Source of the DNA: Planctomycetota bacterium | Lineage (GTDB): Bacteria; Planctomycetota; Phycisphaerae; UBA1845 | Length of the DNA: 64,000 nt | Direction of reading: 5' to 3' | NCBI GenBank assembly: GCA_030616775.1 | Contig: JAUWWQ010000003.1 | Coordinates: forward strand, 10,794 to 74,793 | Shown: piece after piece, positions 8,224-18,921 of the stretch | Layout: the number at the start of each line of letters is the position of its first letter | Numbering within the stretch: position 1 is the first letter of the stretch | Position numbers and translations under genes: made by a program | The notes under the pieces: model-generated | The model's database searches: none | What the model was told of the DNA's origin: nothing | The model's input: only the letters and a program-made list of their open reading frames with translations

Positions 8224-8943
8224 ATGCAGCCAATCCGATCGGGAACGACAACGGAACGAATCGTCCGCACCACGCTGCTGATGGTGTTGACTAATGGATT
8301 CGCGATCGCGTTCCTATGGGACGGGTATGTCGGCTACGCTCGAGAGAACGCCGAACAGCTCGTGGGGTCGCTGGGGCCTGAGCCTGATCCGTTCCCCGCC
8401 ATCAGGCCGGAGCTCACATCGACTGAGGCCCGGCGGGTCATACAGGAGATCAGCCCAGGGACCACCGCCGCTGCGGTCAAGGCCCTGTTGGGAGAACCAA
8501 CACTCGATCACGGCGACGATATATACTACCTTGGCCCGGGGGGGCATCTTCGCATTCGCCTGGACCGCGGTCGAGTCACCGGCGTGAAATGGGTCGACGG
8601 GATCCACTCGGAGAGCGAGTTAGCCCACCAACGGTGGATCGGGTACGGGCTCGGCGCTTTGGGAGTGCTGTTCATCCTCCATTTCATCCGCGTAGTGACG
8701 ACGCGTGTGTCGCTTACGGACGAGGGGCTGAAGATCCGAGGCAGGCCCCTGATCCCCTTCGCTGCGATGGATGCGCTTCAGGCTGACAGGTCGGGTAGAA
8801 GCGGGCGCGTCGAGCTTGAGTACTCGCTCGCCGGCCGGAGAAGTCTCCTGAGGCTTGACCAATACGTGGTCAAACATCTGCCCGCCATCGTCGCTGCCAT
8901 CTGTGAGCGAAAGGACTTCACCAACCCTCTCAAAGCCGATTGA
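8224..8943 (+). CDS. Hypothetical membrane protein (two predicted TM segments)
   Basis: Hydrophobic segments LLMVLTNGFAIAFLW and GYGLGALGVLFILHFI. No family recognised. Confidence 0.5.
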   Translation: MQPIRSGTTTERIVRTTLLMVLTNGFAIAFLWDGYVGYARENAEQLVGSLGPEPDPFPAIRPELTSTEARRVIQEISPGTTAAAVKALLGEPTLDHGDDIYYLGPGGHLRIRLDRGRVTGVKWVDGIHSESELAHQRWIGYGLGALGVLFILHFIRVVTTRVSLTDEGLKIRGRPLIPFAAMDALQADRSGRSGRVELEYSLAGRRSLLRLDQYVVKHLPAIVAAICERKDFTNPLKAD

Positions 8944-9478
8944 GCCGTGCAGCTATCGCCTCTGCGATCGCACGCGGTGTGCTGTGGCCTGTGTCGATCA
9001 CCAGGTCGGCGGCTCGTTCATAGAGCGGTGAGCGCTCAGCCAGCAGATGCTCGACTTCCTCCGGGCCGGCCCGGTCGGTCAGCGGCGGCCGATAACCTTT
9101 GCTCGCCTCGTCAGACGCGATCCGCTGCCAGAGCACCTCAGCCGGTGCGGTCAGCCACACCAGCGTCGCCACCTGCCTCAGCATCCGGACGTTATTCTCG
9201 TCCACGATAGCACCGCCTCCGACGGCGATCACAGACGGTGCGTTCGTTGCGGCATATTTGACGGCCTCACGCTCGCGGCTGCGAAAGCCGGTCTCACCTT
9301 CCTCTGCAAAGATGGTTGCAATCGACTTGCCTGCCTGCTCGACGATGAATCCGTCGGTGTCGATGCACTCACCGCCAAGAAGGTCGGCAAGCTCGCGGCC
9401 CACCGCCGACTTGCCGCATCCGCGAAGGCCGATCAGGGCAATTGTTGGTTTCTCGTGATCCGGACCGGGTGCCGTCAT
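8930..9478 (-). CDS. aroK: Shikimate kinase
   Basis: Walker A (GLRGCGKSAVG) and the DTD motif. Its start overlaps the stop of the upstream aroD-aroE fusion by 4 nt. Confidence 0.9.
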   Translation of the reverse strand: MTAPGPDHEKPTIALIGLRGCGKSAVGRELADLLGGECIDTDGFIVEQAGKSIATIFAEEGETGFRSREREAVKYAATNAPSVIAVGGGAIVDENNVRMLRQVATLVWLTAPAEVLWQRIASDEASKGYRPPLTDRAGPEEVEHLLAERSPLYERAADLVIDTGHSTPRAIAEAIAARLNRL

Positions 9479-11034
9479 GGTTGTGTGCTTATCTGCCGCT
9501 CAATCTCCCGGGTAATAAGGTCAGGGGCGTATCGCGTATTGGGCGATGCCGAAGTCCACAGCATGAACTGCATCGCTGCTTGCCGCACAAACATATCCAA
9601 CCCGTTCAAGGTCTCGGCTCCTGCGGCAGCGGCGTCCTTCAGGAGCCTGGTCTCAAGCGGGTTGTAGATCAGATCGAACACCAGGCGGCATCCGGCCAGT
9701 GAATCCGCGGGCATCGGCGAGGCTTCAACGTCAGGCCACATGCCTACGCTCGTGCAATTGACAAGGACGTCGCCGATCCGCTGGGCTCGGTCCTCCCACG
9801 CCGCAGGACTGACGCCGAACTGGTCGCCCAGGCGATGAGTCTTGTCACGCGACCGTCCATAGACAGTCACCTTGCATCCACACATTGACAGACCGTAGAG
9901 CAGGGCCCGGGCTGCACCGCCCGTGCCGAGCACGTCGACAGATACGTCCACGAGATCGCAACGCGTCACACCCAGGGCCCCGGCAACGGAAGACACACCG
10001 GCATAGCAGTCCGTGTTGAATCCTTCCGTCTCTCCTGCGCGGAAGGACAACGTATTGAGTGCGTCAATTCCCCCGGCCATGTGGTCTGCACGATCGCCCA
10101 CCCAGTGCAAGGCCGCCGTCTTGTGTGGGATCGTGACGCTGAAGCCTCCGATATCAAGCCACGGCCGGTCCCGACAGCCGTCAAGAAAACGTCGCAGGCA
10201 GTCGCCTTCGCCGGATACGCTCAACGGGAGATAGACCGCATTGATTCCGGCATCGGCAAACCACCGGTTGAACAGCAGCGGGCTCATCGAGTGAGCGACG
10301 GGATCACCGATCACCCCGAACACCCGCGTCGACGAATCGATCGCGGACCAGCGATAGCGGTGAATCATGTCACCGAGCGTGATCTGGCCTGGGGCGGTGG
10401 CGGATGCAGCCTCGAGCGAACAATACGTCGCGAAGCCGCCGAGCTTCTTGGCCAGCACGCGTGTCCAGAGGCCGTCTTCGCCCATCGCAATGGCGCTCAG
10501 GTTCCGGGCGTGTCTGTGCATTAAGTCCAAGGCGTCAAAGCTGTCGCAAATACGGCCTGCCCGGTAGGCTATCTTGCCGCCGGCAGCGCCGGAGGCGTCG
10601 TGCATTTCCTCAGCAAGTTCGGTCAGGTTGGGCGAAACATCGTTGAAATCATGGGCCGAGAGGATCAGGCGATGACCGGAGGCGCCGGTCTTCGCTGAGG
10701 CCAGTCGTACTTTCTGGCGGATGTTGCTCGATCGTCGCCAATCCGCCAGCTCGAAGTCCACGTACGCATCGGTTCCGCGCGCCACACTCATTAGGAGTGA
10801 AATGCGCTCCATCGTGTTGCCGCGAAAGTGACCGCCCTCGTCCGCACTGCGACAGGTCACGATCCAGGTACGATCCTTATGAGCTCTCAGGTAGGCGGCC
10901 AGCTCCGCAGGATCACCGCTGAAGGTGTCGATCCGGACTTCGACGGCCTCTGTACCTCCCGCCCAGGCTTGCTCGGCGCGCCTGTTCAGCTCCTCTAGAC
11001 TATCGGGGGCGATCGACGTAACCAGGAGCGTCAT
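9475..11034 (-). CDS. Bifunctional type I 3-dehydroquinate dehydratase / shikimate 5-dehydrogenase (AroD-AroE fusion)
   Basis: The N-terminal half has the type I DHQase SAHDF and GKIAY (Schiff-base Lys) regions. The C-terminal half has the AroE motif GVIGDPVAHSMSP. Start chosen at the ATG at 11034, which has GGAG 6 nt upstream. The longer ORF to 11379 has no homology-like N-terminus. Confidence 0.85.
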   Translation of the reverse strand: MTLLVTSIAPDSLEELNRRAEQAWAGGTEAVEVRIDTFSGDPAELAAYLRAHKDRTWIVTCRSADEGGHFRGNTMERISLLMSVARGTDAYVDFELADWRRSSNIRQKVRLASAKTGASGHRLILSAHDFNDVSPNLTELAEEMHDASGAAGGKIAYRAGRICDSFDALDLMHRHARNLSAIAMGEDGLWTRVLAKKLGGFATYCSLEAASATAPGQITLGDMIHRYRWSAIDSSTRVFGVIGDPVAHSMSPLLFNRWFADAGINAVYLPLSVSGEGDCLRRFLDGCRDRPWLDIGGFSVTIPHKTAALHWVGDRADHMAGGIDALNTLSFRAGETEGFNTDCYAGVSSVAGALGVTRCDLVDVSVDVLGTGGAARALLYGLSMCGCKVTVYGRSRDKTHRLGDQFGVSPAAWEDRAQRIGDVLVNCTSVGMWPDVEASPMPADSLAGCRLVFDLIYNPLETRLLKDAAAAGAETLNGLDMFVRQAAMQFMLWTSASPNTRYAPDLITREIERQISTQP

Positions 11035-11323
11035 CCGGGACTCCACACTTGTGGACCTGAAGGGGCATAGTTCCGATGAACTATATCTCAAACCGGCCGG
11101 CCTATACAACTGGGCGTCAAAAGGTTGATTTCTACTTGTGCCGCTCCAGAGAAAGCCCCAGCGGTTTTGACTGCCCGCCCCGCCGCTCCTGTTGACGATC
11201 GTGTCGGGTCGCTGGACCGAGAATCCCTTCTCGGTCCTCTGGCAGATGCCGAGAAAGGATTCTCGGCACAGCGTAATGCCGGGAGGATACCCATGGCCGT
11301 AACCTGCGAGACCGAATGACGCC

Positions 11324-12193
11324 ATGACCAGGCTGTTGGTGCTTAACAAGCTGCGGTGGTATCTGCGGCTGCCGATCAAGTGGGTGATCTTCGCGCTGAC
11401 CGTACTGGCGGTGTGCTTTCCGTACCCCCGTCTGCTGATTCGACACGTTCAGCACTGGCGCGACCCCAACGCGCTGATCGAACCGGACGCGCCGGCCATC
11501 CAGCCGCTTGTGGAAGAGCTTGGACAACAGCTCAGTAACGACCTTGCCCCACACGAAGTCCTGAAACGCGTCGAGCGATACGTCTACAACAAGATCGAAT
11601 ACGAGTGGGATTGGAACACCTGGGGAACGGCTGACTATCTGCCGACCGTGACCGAAGCCATCGAGATGGGCAAGGAGGATTGCGACGGGCAGGCGGTGGT
11701 GGCGGCTTCGCTTCTGCGCCGCTTCGGTTTCCAGGTTCAGCTTGTCACCGACTTTGCACATATGTGGGTCAAGACCGACCGGGGCGAGACCATGGGACCA
11801 GGCAAGAAGAAGGCAATTGTCGCAACGGACCGCGGACTCCGGTTTCAGCTCAGCGGGCTGAAGGAGTTGCCGAAGGCGTTCGCCCACGGCACCGCGGTGT
11901 TTCCACTCGTGCGCGAGGCAATCATTCTAGGCATGCTATGGCTCCTACTGTTGCGTCCCAAAGGGGACATCGTTTTGAGCCTGGTAGGGCTGGCGTGTTT
12001 CACTGGTGCCCTTATTTGCCTGAGAAACGGTGGCCGGGATTACTACCATCCGATCCTGTGGATGCAGCGGGTGGGAATGCTTGCCATTGTCGCGGGGTTT
12101 TTCGTGCTTCTCGTCGGTGCGAGGCGCCATGCAGCGGCCGCTGGAGGTACTTCGGCGCACAGCCCGCCCGATCCCACTTCTGAAAAATCGTAG
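11324..12193 (+). CDS. Transglutaminase-like cysteine-protease-fold membrane protein
   Basis: A GKEDCDGQAVVAASLLR (Cys) ... FAHMWV (His) core, with TM segments at both ends. Confidence 0.6.
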   Translation: MTRLLVLNKLRWYLRLPIKWVIFALTVLAVCFPYPRLLIRHVQHWRDPNALIEPDAPAIQPLVEELGQQLSNDLAPHEVLKRVERYVYNKIEYEWDWNTWGTADYLPTVTEAIEMGKEDCDGQAVVAASLLRRFGFQVQLVTDFAHMWVKTDRGETMGPGKKKAIVATDRGLRFQLSGLKELPKAFAHGTAVFPLVREAIILGMLWLLLLRPKGDIVLSLVGLACFTGALICLRNGGRDYYHPILWMQRVGMLAIVAGFFVLLVGARRHAAAAGGTSAHSPPDPTSEKS

Positions 12194-12306
12194 CAGCCTG
12201 TAAGGACTTGTAGAACTGGCCGATTACCGCTTTCAACCGGTCGATCAGAGGGGTAGCATATCGTTTGGTGAATGAGTATTCGAGTCCTAAATGGAGGACA
12301 CACAGA

Positions 12307-14202
12307 ATGAAAAGGTACGTGCTGAACACAATCATTGCCGTTTCGTTGTCACTGACGCTTACCGCTCCGGCGCCTGCGCAGTTGGACATCCTGCGCAAGC
12401 TGGGCAAGACTATGGAGGGCACCAAGCAGATCGCCCACTTCAAGATCAAAGGCGCGTTGACGGAAACGCCAACCAACTTACCGCCGCTGTTCGGCAGTGA
12501 GCCTCCCTTGTCGCTCAAGACGCTGCTGGAGCGGTTCAAAGAAGCGCGACACGACAACAACGTCGTGGCCGTGGTAATCGACCTTCAACAGGCCGCCCTG
12601 GGCTTCGCCCAGCTACAGGAAATCCACGAGGCTATGCGGAAGTTCGCCGCCGTCGACAAGGAGGTGTACGTTCACGCCGATACCCTGACCACCGGCACCT
12701 ACGCGGCGGCGAGTGGGGCATCGCACATCAGCGTGGTTCCCACGGGTGACATCTGGCTGGTGGGATTATACGGCGAGGCACCGTATCTTCGCGGGACACT
12801 TGACAAGATCGGCGTTGTCCCGGACTTCGAGCAGTGCGGTGATTTCAAGACCGCAGCCGAATCGTTCATGCGGGCCGAACCGTCTGAAGAGTCGAAGAAG
12901 ATGACCGGGTGGCTGCTCGATGGCATCTACGAAGACCTGGTCAAGATAATCGCCGAAAGTAGAGGGTTGTCCGTTGGACAGGTTCGTGAGCTCATCAACA
13001 ACGGCCCGTTTTCGGCCGAGGAAGCGCTCAAGGCTGGGCTGGTCGACTCCGTCAAGCACCGCCAGGATTTTACTGCCGATTTGAAAACCCGCTACGGCGA
13101 GTCCATCAAAGTGGTCACCAACTACGGCAAGCGAGACATGTTCGAGATGCCCAAGGATCCCTTCGCGATCATTCCCTGGTTGATGCAGTTGTTGAACCCG
13201 TCGCCCAAGGTCTACGCCAAACCGAGTGTGGCCATTGTCTATGTGGAAGGCGCGATTATGCCGGGGACGGCTGAGTCGTCTCCGTTCGGCCCGGCAAGCG
13301 GGGCCTACAGCACTTCGATCCGCAAGGCCTTGGATAAGGCCGCAGATGACGATTCCGTCAAAGCCGTCGTGCTGCGGGTCGACTCGCCGGGCGGTTCGGC
13401 CCTGGCATCGGAGATCATCCTGGATGCGACCAAACGCGTCGCGGCCAAGAAACCGCTGATTGTGTCGATGGGTAATGTGGCCGGCAGCGGCGGATATTAC
13501 GTGGCCTGTGGAGCTGAGACGATCTTCGCGGACAGTGGTACGATCACGGCCTCAATCGGCGTAATTGGCGGCAAGCTGGTGACCACCGGTATGTGGGACA
13601 AGCTGGGGGTCAATTGGTATGCCGTTAAGCGCGGTGAGATGGCCGGCATTCTGAGCTCCGCGGAGCCATTCAGTGACGCGGAGCGGGCCAAGATCAGGCA
13701 CTATATGGAGACGGTCTACGAGACGTTCAAGAAGCATGTGACCGATGTCCGCGGCGACCGCCTGGCCAAGCCGATTGACCAGATCGCCGGTGGGCGGGTC
13801 TTTACCGGTGCTCAGGCGCTCGAGCTCGGTTTGGTTGACAAGATCGGCGGCTTTCAGGACGCTGTCAAATTCGCCGGGCAGCGCGCCGAACTGGGCGAGT
13901 ACGAGATCCGTGTGATCCCCGAACCTCTCAACATCTTCGATCTGTTCATGGGGGGACGTGACAAGGATGATGAGTATCTGGGGGTGTCGATTTCGGCCGG
14001 TCTGGCCAGCTGGCGAACGCCTCTAGACCTGGCGGGTCTGCCTCTGTTTCGGGCCATGTTGCCGACGATTGCCAAGGTTGATCCGCTCCGCGCCAAGGCG
14101 ATGCTGCGGGCTCTTCAGCGGATCGAGCTAGTCCATGGCGAAGGCGTCGCCATGATGATGCCGACCGAGTTGGTGATCCGGTTAGACGCCGGAAAGAAAT
14201 AA
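12307..14202 (+). CDS. sppA: Signal peptide peptidase SppA, 67K type (tandem S49 domains)
   Basis: Two ClpP/crotonase-like S49 halves (VVLRVDSPGGSALASE, GNVAGSGGYYVA). Signal peptide present. ATG at 12307 is preceded by GGAGGA. Confidence 0.85.
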   Translation: MKRYVLNTIIAVSLSLTLTAPAPAQLDILRKLGKTMEGTKQIAHFKIKGALTETPTNLPPLFGSEPPLSLKTLLERFKEARHDNNVVAVVIDLQQAALGFAQLQEIHEAMRKFAAVDKEVYVHADTLTTGTYAAASGASHISVVPTGDIWLVGLYGEAPYLRGTLDKIGVVPDFEQCGDFKTAAESFMRAEPSEESKKMTGWLLDGIYEDLVKIIAESRGLSVGQVRELINNGPFSAEEALKAGLVDSVKHRQDFTADLKTRYGESIKVVTNYGKRDMFEMPKDPFAIIPWLMQLLNPSPKVYAKPSVAIVYVEGAIMPGTAESSPFGPASGAYSTSIRKALDKAADDDSVKAVVLRVDSPGGSALASEIILDATKRVAAKKPLIVSMGNVAGSGGYYVACGAETIFADSGTITASIGVIGGKLVTTGMWDKLGVNWYAVKRGEMAGILSSAEPFSDAERAKIRHYMETVYETFKKHVTDVRGDRLAKPIDQIAGGRVFTGAQALELGLVDKIGGFQDAVKFAGQRAELGEYEIRVIPEPLNIFDLFMGGRDKDDEYLGVSISAGLASWRTPLDLAGLPLFRAMLPTIAKVDPLRAKAMLRALQRIELVHGEGVAMMMPTELVIRLDAGKK

Positions 14203-14227
14203 GCCGAACTGAAGGCTCTGAGTGCTG

Positions 14228-14250
14228 CGCGGGCAGGCAGTCTGCCCGTG
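14228..14250. other. GC-rich hairpin between convergent sppA and the DUF4190-like gene (possible bidirectional terminator without a U-tract)
   Basis: The CGGGCAG / CTGCCCG stem can be extended by C-G and G-U pairs, with a 5-nt loop. Confidence 0.35.
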
Positions 14251-14317
14251 CAACGCTCACCCAGTAAACGAATCAGTTTCGTTCCCCCGCGCCCCAGGTT
14301 GTCCGCCAGTGGTCGAA

Positions 14318-14977
14318 TCACTCCAGATCGCGCGGTGAAACGCCGTCGACCTGGATGTCCTGAATCCTGACCCGATAGTCTTCCAGGCCAAAGGCGATCG
14401 TGATATTGGCACGCCCGTTCACAAACTTGCCTTCAAAGCTGAACGCTTTTGCATCGGAGGATGTTGTCGGCCCCGAAGGCGTAGGCTTGCCCACTTCGAC
14501 GAGTTTGCCGTGTTTGACCGCGACTTGCTCCAACCAGCTTCGAATCGCCTCCGTGCTGACAGTTGCATTGAAATCGTCCGACCCGATCTCACGAAGGGCG
14601 AAAATGGCCGCGTCCATCTGGGACGAATTAGCCTCAAAGACCGTGGGGAGGCGCGCAGCAAGAGCCCCGGCGCTGATGCCCAGTAGCACACCCATCAGCA
14701 AAAGGATGGAAAGGGCGCCGGTCACGAGGGAGATTGGGATGGCCGCGACTGCCAGGCCGAGCCCCCGACGCCGCCCGCCTCGCGTGGTTACGACCCCGAT
14801 GATGCCCAAAATCAGCCCCAAGATCGCGGTAATGCCGACGCAGCCCAGCAGAGAAAGCACAAAACCGGAAATCGCCGCCGCGCTCCACGGCGGAGGTCTA
14901 TGAATTGCTGGGGGAACGCCGGCGGGGCTGCCTATGTGGCCACCCGGACTATATGGCGGTTGTTGGAACTGCGTCAT
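14318..14977 (-). CDS. DUF4190-like membrane protein with a Pro-rich N-terminus
   Basis: A Pro-rich N-terminal segment, then two TM helices typical of DUF4190 (ISGFVLSLLGCVGITAILGLILGIIG), then a soluble C-terminal domain. Confidence 0.55.
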   Translation of the reverse strand: MTQFQQPPYSPGGHIGSPAGVPPAIHRPPPWSAAAISGFVLSLLGCVGITAILGLILGIIGVVTTRGGRRRGLGLAVAAIPISLVTGALSILLLMGVLLGISAGALAARLPTVFEANSSQMDAAIFALREIGSDDFNATVSTEAIRSWLEQVAVKHGKLVEVGKPTPSGPTTSSDAKAFSFEGKFVNGRANITIAFGLEDYRVRIQDIQVDGVSPRDLE

Positions 14978-15363
14978 GGCTGACAGCCTCTGAGTGGTTC
15001 AACTGTTTCAAGACCCGGACACGGTGGCGAGAGCGACACAGCCCTCTGGTCTGAGGGTCGAACCACCTCGCACACGCCGCGATGGTACGTTGCGCCACTG
15101 AAACGGTCAACCAGCCAAGTACTCCCCAGATGACGGCTCCCGTGTGCTCACGCTTGACGGGACATCCTGGCCGGCCCTATTATTCCTATAGGGAAGCTAG
15201 TGTGCGCCCCCGCGCGAAGCTGTTGCGCGGCTCGGTTGGCAACAGGACTGTGACTTTCCGGTGAGGCGGGCTGACTCCACAGCCCGGTAGATCGACGTCA
15301 CCGAGACGGCGTGATTTCCGAGATCCACGAAAACACCTGACCTGGTTTCATGGAGCATACCCT

Positions 15364-18300
15364 ATGCGTGGTGCGGTGCGTCTGAAGGTCGGCCTTGGCG
15401 TTCCACTGGTAGTGGCGGGCGTCATGTGGATGGCTGGAGGTCTTGCATCCTGCGGGACCGCCCCTACTCCGTTTGTGGTCCAAGGGCCCGGGCAGTTCGG
15501 TAACGACCCCCCGACGCTAACGATTCTAGAGCCCGCCAGCAACATCACCCGCGGACAGGGCGACCCATTCTTGATCCGTTGGACCGACACGGATCGTGAC
15601 GACAACGCTCAGATCAGCTACTTTCTGCTGAGCACCACGTCGAATGAGCGCATCAGGCTGGTCGAAGGGATCGACGAAAACGACAGAACCGGGCCCGACT
15701 CGTTTACCGTCAGCACGACGCCGATCCTACCGGGATCGTATAACGTGCTCGGTACGATTTACGATGGCGTGAACCCGCTTGTTGAACAGTTTGCCATCGT
15801 TGCCGGGGCGGCGCTGCAACAGCGGGTGGTGGTCACGATCGTCGGACCTGGAGAAGGGCCCCAGACCGTACCGCCGATCATCACAGTCACCGAGCCGACG
15901 TTCAATCTGAGCGTAACCCAGGATGACGAGCTGACGGTGGCGGTCCAGCCCACCCCGCTACCTCCGGACCCCAACAACCCGATCCCATACGACCCCGACA
16001 GCGATGTCACGTTGTACATCCTGTTAGACCTTGACCAAGACCCGAACAATGATGATCCGGCCAATCCCGATGAGTCCGACATTATTGTGCTCCGGGAGAC
16101 GTTGGTTCCAACCGGGGCTTCCGACCCTTACGTCTTTCCTATCCTGATTGATCTTGCCGAGGTCCCGCCGCGCCCAGCCGGTGAGCCTTACTACATCCGG
16201 GCGACGGCGGACGACGGTACAAATCCGCGCGTCCACCAATATGCCGTGGGCACGATCAACGTAGTGCGACTGGCTGCAGGCGAGGTCGACCTATTCGACA
16301 TTGGGCGGACAAGATCCGGTGCCAGGTTCTATGGCTTCAACCCCGGCGCCAATCTCGGATCGACCGTTGCGCATGTCAGTGATTTCGACGCGGACGGCGT
16401 CGATGATTTCATCCTGGTTGCCCAGTTCGGCAACCCGCAGAACGTTGGCCCGGTTGGGGAGGCCTACTTGATCTATGGACGGGATGAGATCCGTTTCGGA
16501 GGGGCGATTTCGGTCAACTCGGTGAGCAACACGATTTCCGGGGTGATATTCCAGGCCCCGCCGGTTCGTACCTCTTTGGAGGTGGTCCCGGATCCTTCGG
16601 CGCGAACCGCCGGTATTGTTCACGTTAGCTTCATACAGGATCTGACTGGTGACGGGCGTCCTGATCTGATGTTCGGGCTTCCCCATGTGCATGGAGCGTA
16701 CGACGCGACGGACTACGACCCTGGAGACGACTTCGGCGATACGTCATTCGGCTGCTACCCTGACCCCTACGTCAACAATTTCTCGGATCAAGACCCGAAC
16801 AGGGACTTCGGATGGTACGCGGGGGGCATGGCTGTCATCGTTAATAGTCAAAACCGCGACAACCAGGCACTAATCAACCCTAACCGCCTTGAGTCCACCA
16901 CAGTAGTGCTCGAACTCGTTGGTCACCCGCTGATTGAAGACAACGCCCTGGATGCGGGCGGTCTGAGTTACACTGGTAACATTACTGTACGTGCTGACAA
17001 CGACGCAGTCGAAGACAGAGGCTCAGACCCGCAAGAACCCGGCCGGATTGCCGGGGCCCGCTTTATTGCCGGAGGGTTCGATTACGTGTTTCAGGATGAG
17101 CCCCCGCGTGAGGGACTGTTCGGACAGACTATCGCCCCGCTTGGTGACCTCAACAGCGATGGGCTGGGTGAAATCGTCATCTCGGCACCGCGCAATGAAC
17201 GCTACCTCGCGGATCTGGAAGCGACGCCCGAACTCCCTTTCAGCCCACACTTTTGGTCCACCATGTTTATCGGTAGCATCGTAGTTCTCCCGGGTGGCAA
17301 CTACAATGTCCAGGACTGGAGAGATGACAACAATGACCTCGGAACCTCGAGGGTCCCACCCCTGGACCACCATTTGTTCCCGCCTTTTGGCAGCTGCTCG
17401 AGCACTCCTCCGGAACCGCGCGGCTATGTCATTCCAACGGACTCGTTCGAGATTTTTGCGGAGGATATCGACGACATGCTGGGCGGCGGGAGATCCGCGG
17501 GTGATTTCAACCAGGACGGGCTAGATGACATCCTCTGTGGTGCGCCGCTTAATGATCGTGGCAGTTCGCTGCCTGACACCGGCGCGATGTATGTCATCTA
17601 CGGCCGCACCACATTCGGAGAGGTCCAGCTTGACAGGGCCGATGACCCGCTGCTGCGTCCGCCCATGCTGCGCGTTCGCGGGCTGAAGATCGGAGATCAG
17701 ATAGGTTGGCGCGTGACCGCCGGTCTCGACGTCAACGGCGACCGAATCGACGACGTGTTCGTTGCTTCGCCGCGAACCGACTTCGGCGATCTGACAAGAT
17801 TGGCGTGCGGAACGGACATAGACGAGGACGGGAGCATCGACCAGAACGATTTTGTCCTGCGGACGTTCAACAATTGTGAGACCAGCTCCGGCGACCACCT
17901 GTACACCGACGAGGCCTGCAAGGCGTTTGATTACGATAACGACGAGGACATCGACGATGATGACCGGTGTGTCTTTTGCTGCCTCTCGGACGATTGCGAA
18001 CCCGATGATAGTTGCGTGTTCGGAGATGACAGCGGCGATTGTTGCGCCAGCCTTGTGGACAACGGGTTCATCGGGATCATCTTCGGCGGTGTGTTTATCG
18101 ACGGTGACCGCGACATCAGGCAACTGGCCACCAGCGAGTTGCCCGGCAGCATCTTTTTCGGGAGCGGGGTCGGCCATCGCGCGGGAATGGACATCAGCTC
18201 GGCGGGGGACTTCAACCAGGACGGTTTCGGGGACATCCTGATCACCGCGCCGGGAGAGGTCCGGGTGGATAGTGCAGGCCGGGAGCGACTCGGTGTCGTC

Positions 18301-18636
18301 TATCTGATCTTCGGTGGGACCCACCTGATCAACACGACGTGGAATCTAAGCGACGTCGGTTCCGGGGAGTTGCCGGGGATTGTCTTCCTGAGCCCCTATG
18401 TCAAGGGTCGTCCCAATGAAGCAGCCCCACGCGCTGTGGCATATATCGGGGACATCAACAACGATGGCTTTGGGGACATCGCCATTGGCAACCCCCAAGC
18501 GGACTTTATCGATCCGAGCTTCCCGCAGGGGCCGGACGCGCCGGGCAGCGACCCAGCCGCCGGCCGGCGTTCGGATGTCGGCGATGTGTACGTGATCTAC
18601 GGCAACAACTACGGCAGCAACCGGGCATTGCCCTGA
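15364..18636 (+). CDS. Large FG-GAP (integrin-alpha-like) repeat lipoprotein
   Basis: Lipobox LASC after a signal peptide. Multiple FG-GAP/Ca-binding repeats (GDFNQDGLDDIL, DVNGDRIDDVFV, GDFNQDGFGDILI, GDINNDGFGDIAIGNP). Confidence 0.8.
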   Translation: MRGAVRLKVGLGVPLVVAGVMWMAGGLASCGTAPTPFVVQGPGQFGNDPPTLTILEPASNITRGQGDPFLIRWTDTDRDDNAQISYFLLSTTSNERIRLVEGIDENDRTGPDSFTVSTTPILPGSYNVLGTIYDGVNPLVEQFAIVAGAALQQRVVVTIVGPGEGPQTVPPIITVTEPTFNLSVTQDDELTVAVQPTPLPPDPNNPIPYDPDSDVTLYILLDLDQDPNNDDPANPDESDIIVLRETLVPTGASDPYVFPILIDLAEVPPRPAGEPYYIRATADDGTNPRVHQYAVGTINVVRLAAGEVDLFDIGRTRSGARFYGFNPGANLGSTVAHVSDFDADGVDDFILVAQFGNPQNVGPVGEAYLIYGRDEIRFGGAISVNSVSNTISGVIFQAPPVRTSLEVVPDPSARTAGIVHVSFIQDLTGDGRPDLMFGLPHVHGAYDATDYDPGDDFGDTSFGCYPDPYVNNFSDQDPNRDFGWYAGGMAVIVNSQNRDNQALINPNRLESTTVVLELVGHPLIEDNALDAGGLSYTGNITVRADNDAVEDRGSDPQEPGRIAGARFIAGGFDYVFQDEPPREGLFGQTIAPLGDLNSDGLGEIVISAPRNERYLADLEATPELPFSPHFWSTMFIGSIVVLPGGNYNVQDWRDDNNDLGTSRVPPLDHHLFPPFGSCSSTPPEPRGYVIPTDSFEIFAEDIDDMLGGGRSAGDFNQDGLDDILCGAPLNDRGSSLPDTGAMYVIYGRTTFGEVQLDRADDPLLRPPMLRVRGLKIGDQIGWRVTAGLDVNGDRIDDVFVASPRTDFGDLTRLACGTDIDEDGSIDQNDFVLRTFNNCETSSGDHLYTDEACKAFDYDNDEDIDDDDRCVFCCLSDDCEPDDSCVFGDDSGDCCASLVDNGFIGIIFGGVFIDGDRDIRQLATSELPGSIFFGSGVGHRAGMDISSAGDFNQDGFGDILITAPGEVRVDSAGRERLGVVYLIFGGTHLINTTWNLSDVGSGELPGIVFLSPYVKGRPNEAAPRAVAYIGDINNDGFGDIAIGNPQADFIDPSFPQGPDAPGSDPAAGRRSDVGDVYVIYGNNYGSNRALP

Positions 18637-18921
18637 TCATGGCGTGGTGTGGGAGGCGAGATAGCACGTAGGGTGTCCGCGTATATGGCCCTGGTTTCGG
18701 TCCAGGGGAGAGTCCCGGGCCCACGTTCGACTCCATCGCCCAACTCGTGCCGAACTGCGAATCTCCAAGCGACGTAGTATGCTCGTCGGACTTGTTGGGG
18801 CGGAGGTGTCGGTTGACCGTCCCGACTGCCTACTATAAGCATTAGATAGCTCCGGCCTGAGTCAGCGGCAAACTCCGCCCTTCAGGCCCGGGCTTGACAC
18901 CGCCTTCAAGGAAAACCGCGA

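Noticed and set aside
15040-15062. GGGTCGAACC motif resembling the reverse complement of a tRNA T-arm
   Set aside because: I tried to fold it as a minus-strand tRNA. The T-stem does not pair (49-65 mismatch) and no acceptor or anticodon arms could be built.
15208-15235. CCCCGCGCGAAGCTGTTGCGCGGCTCGG as a possible degenerate copy of the 27-nt element
   Set aside because: Only the outer CCGCGCG and GCGGCTC parts match and the loop differs in length and sequence. This is too weak to count as a family member.
18715-18745. GTTCGACTCC motif resembling a tRNA T-loop
   Set aside because: The flanking bases do not form a 5-bp T-stem and no cloverleaf context is present.
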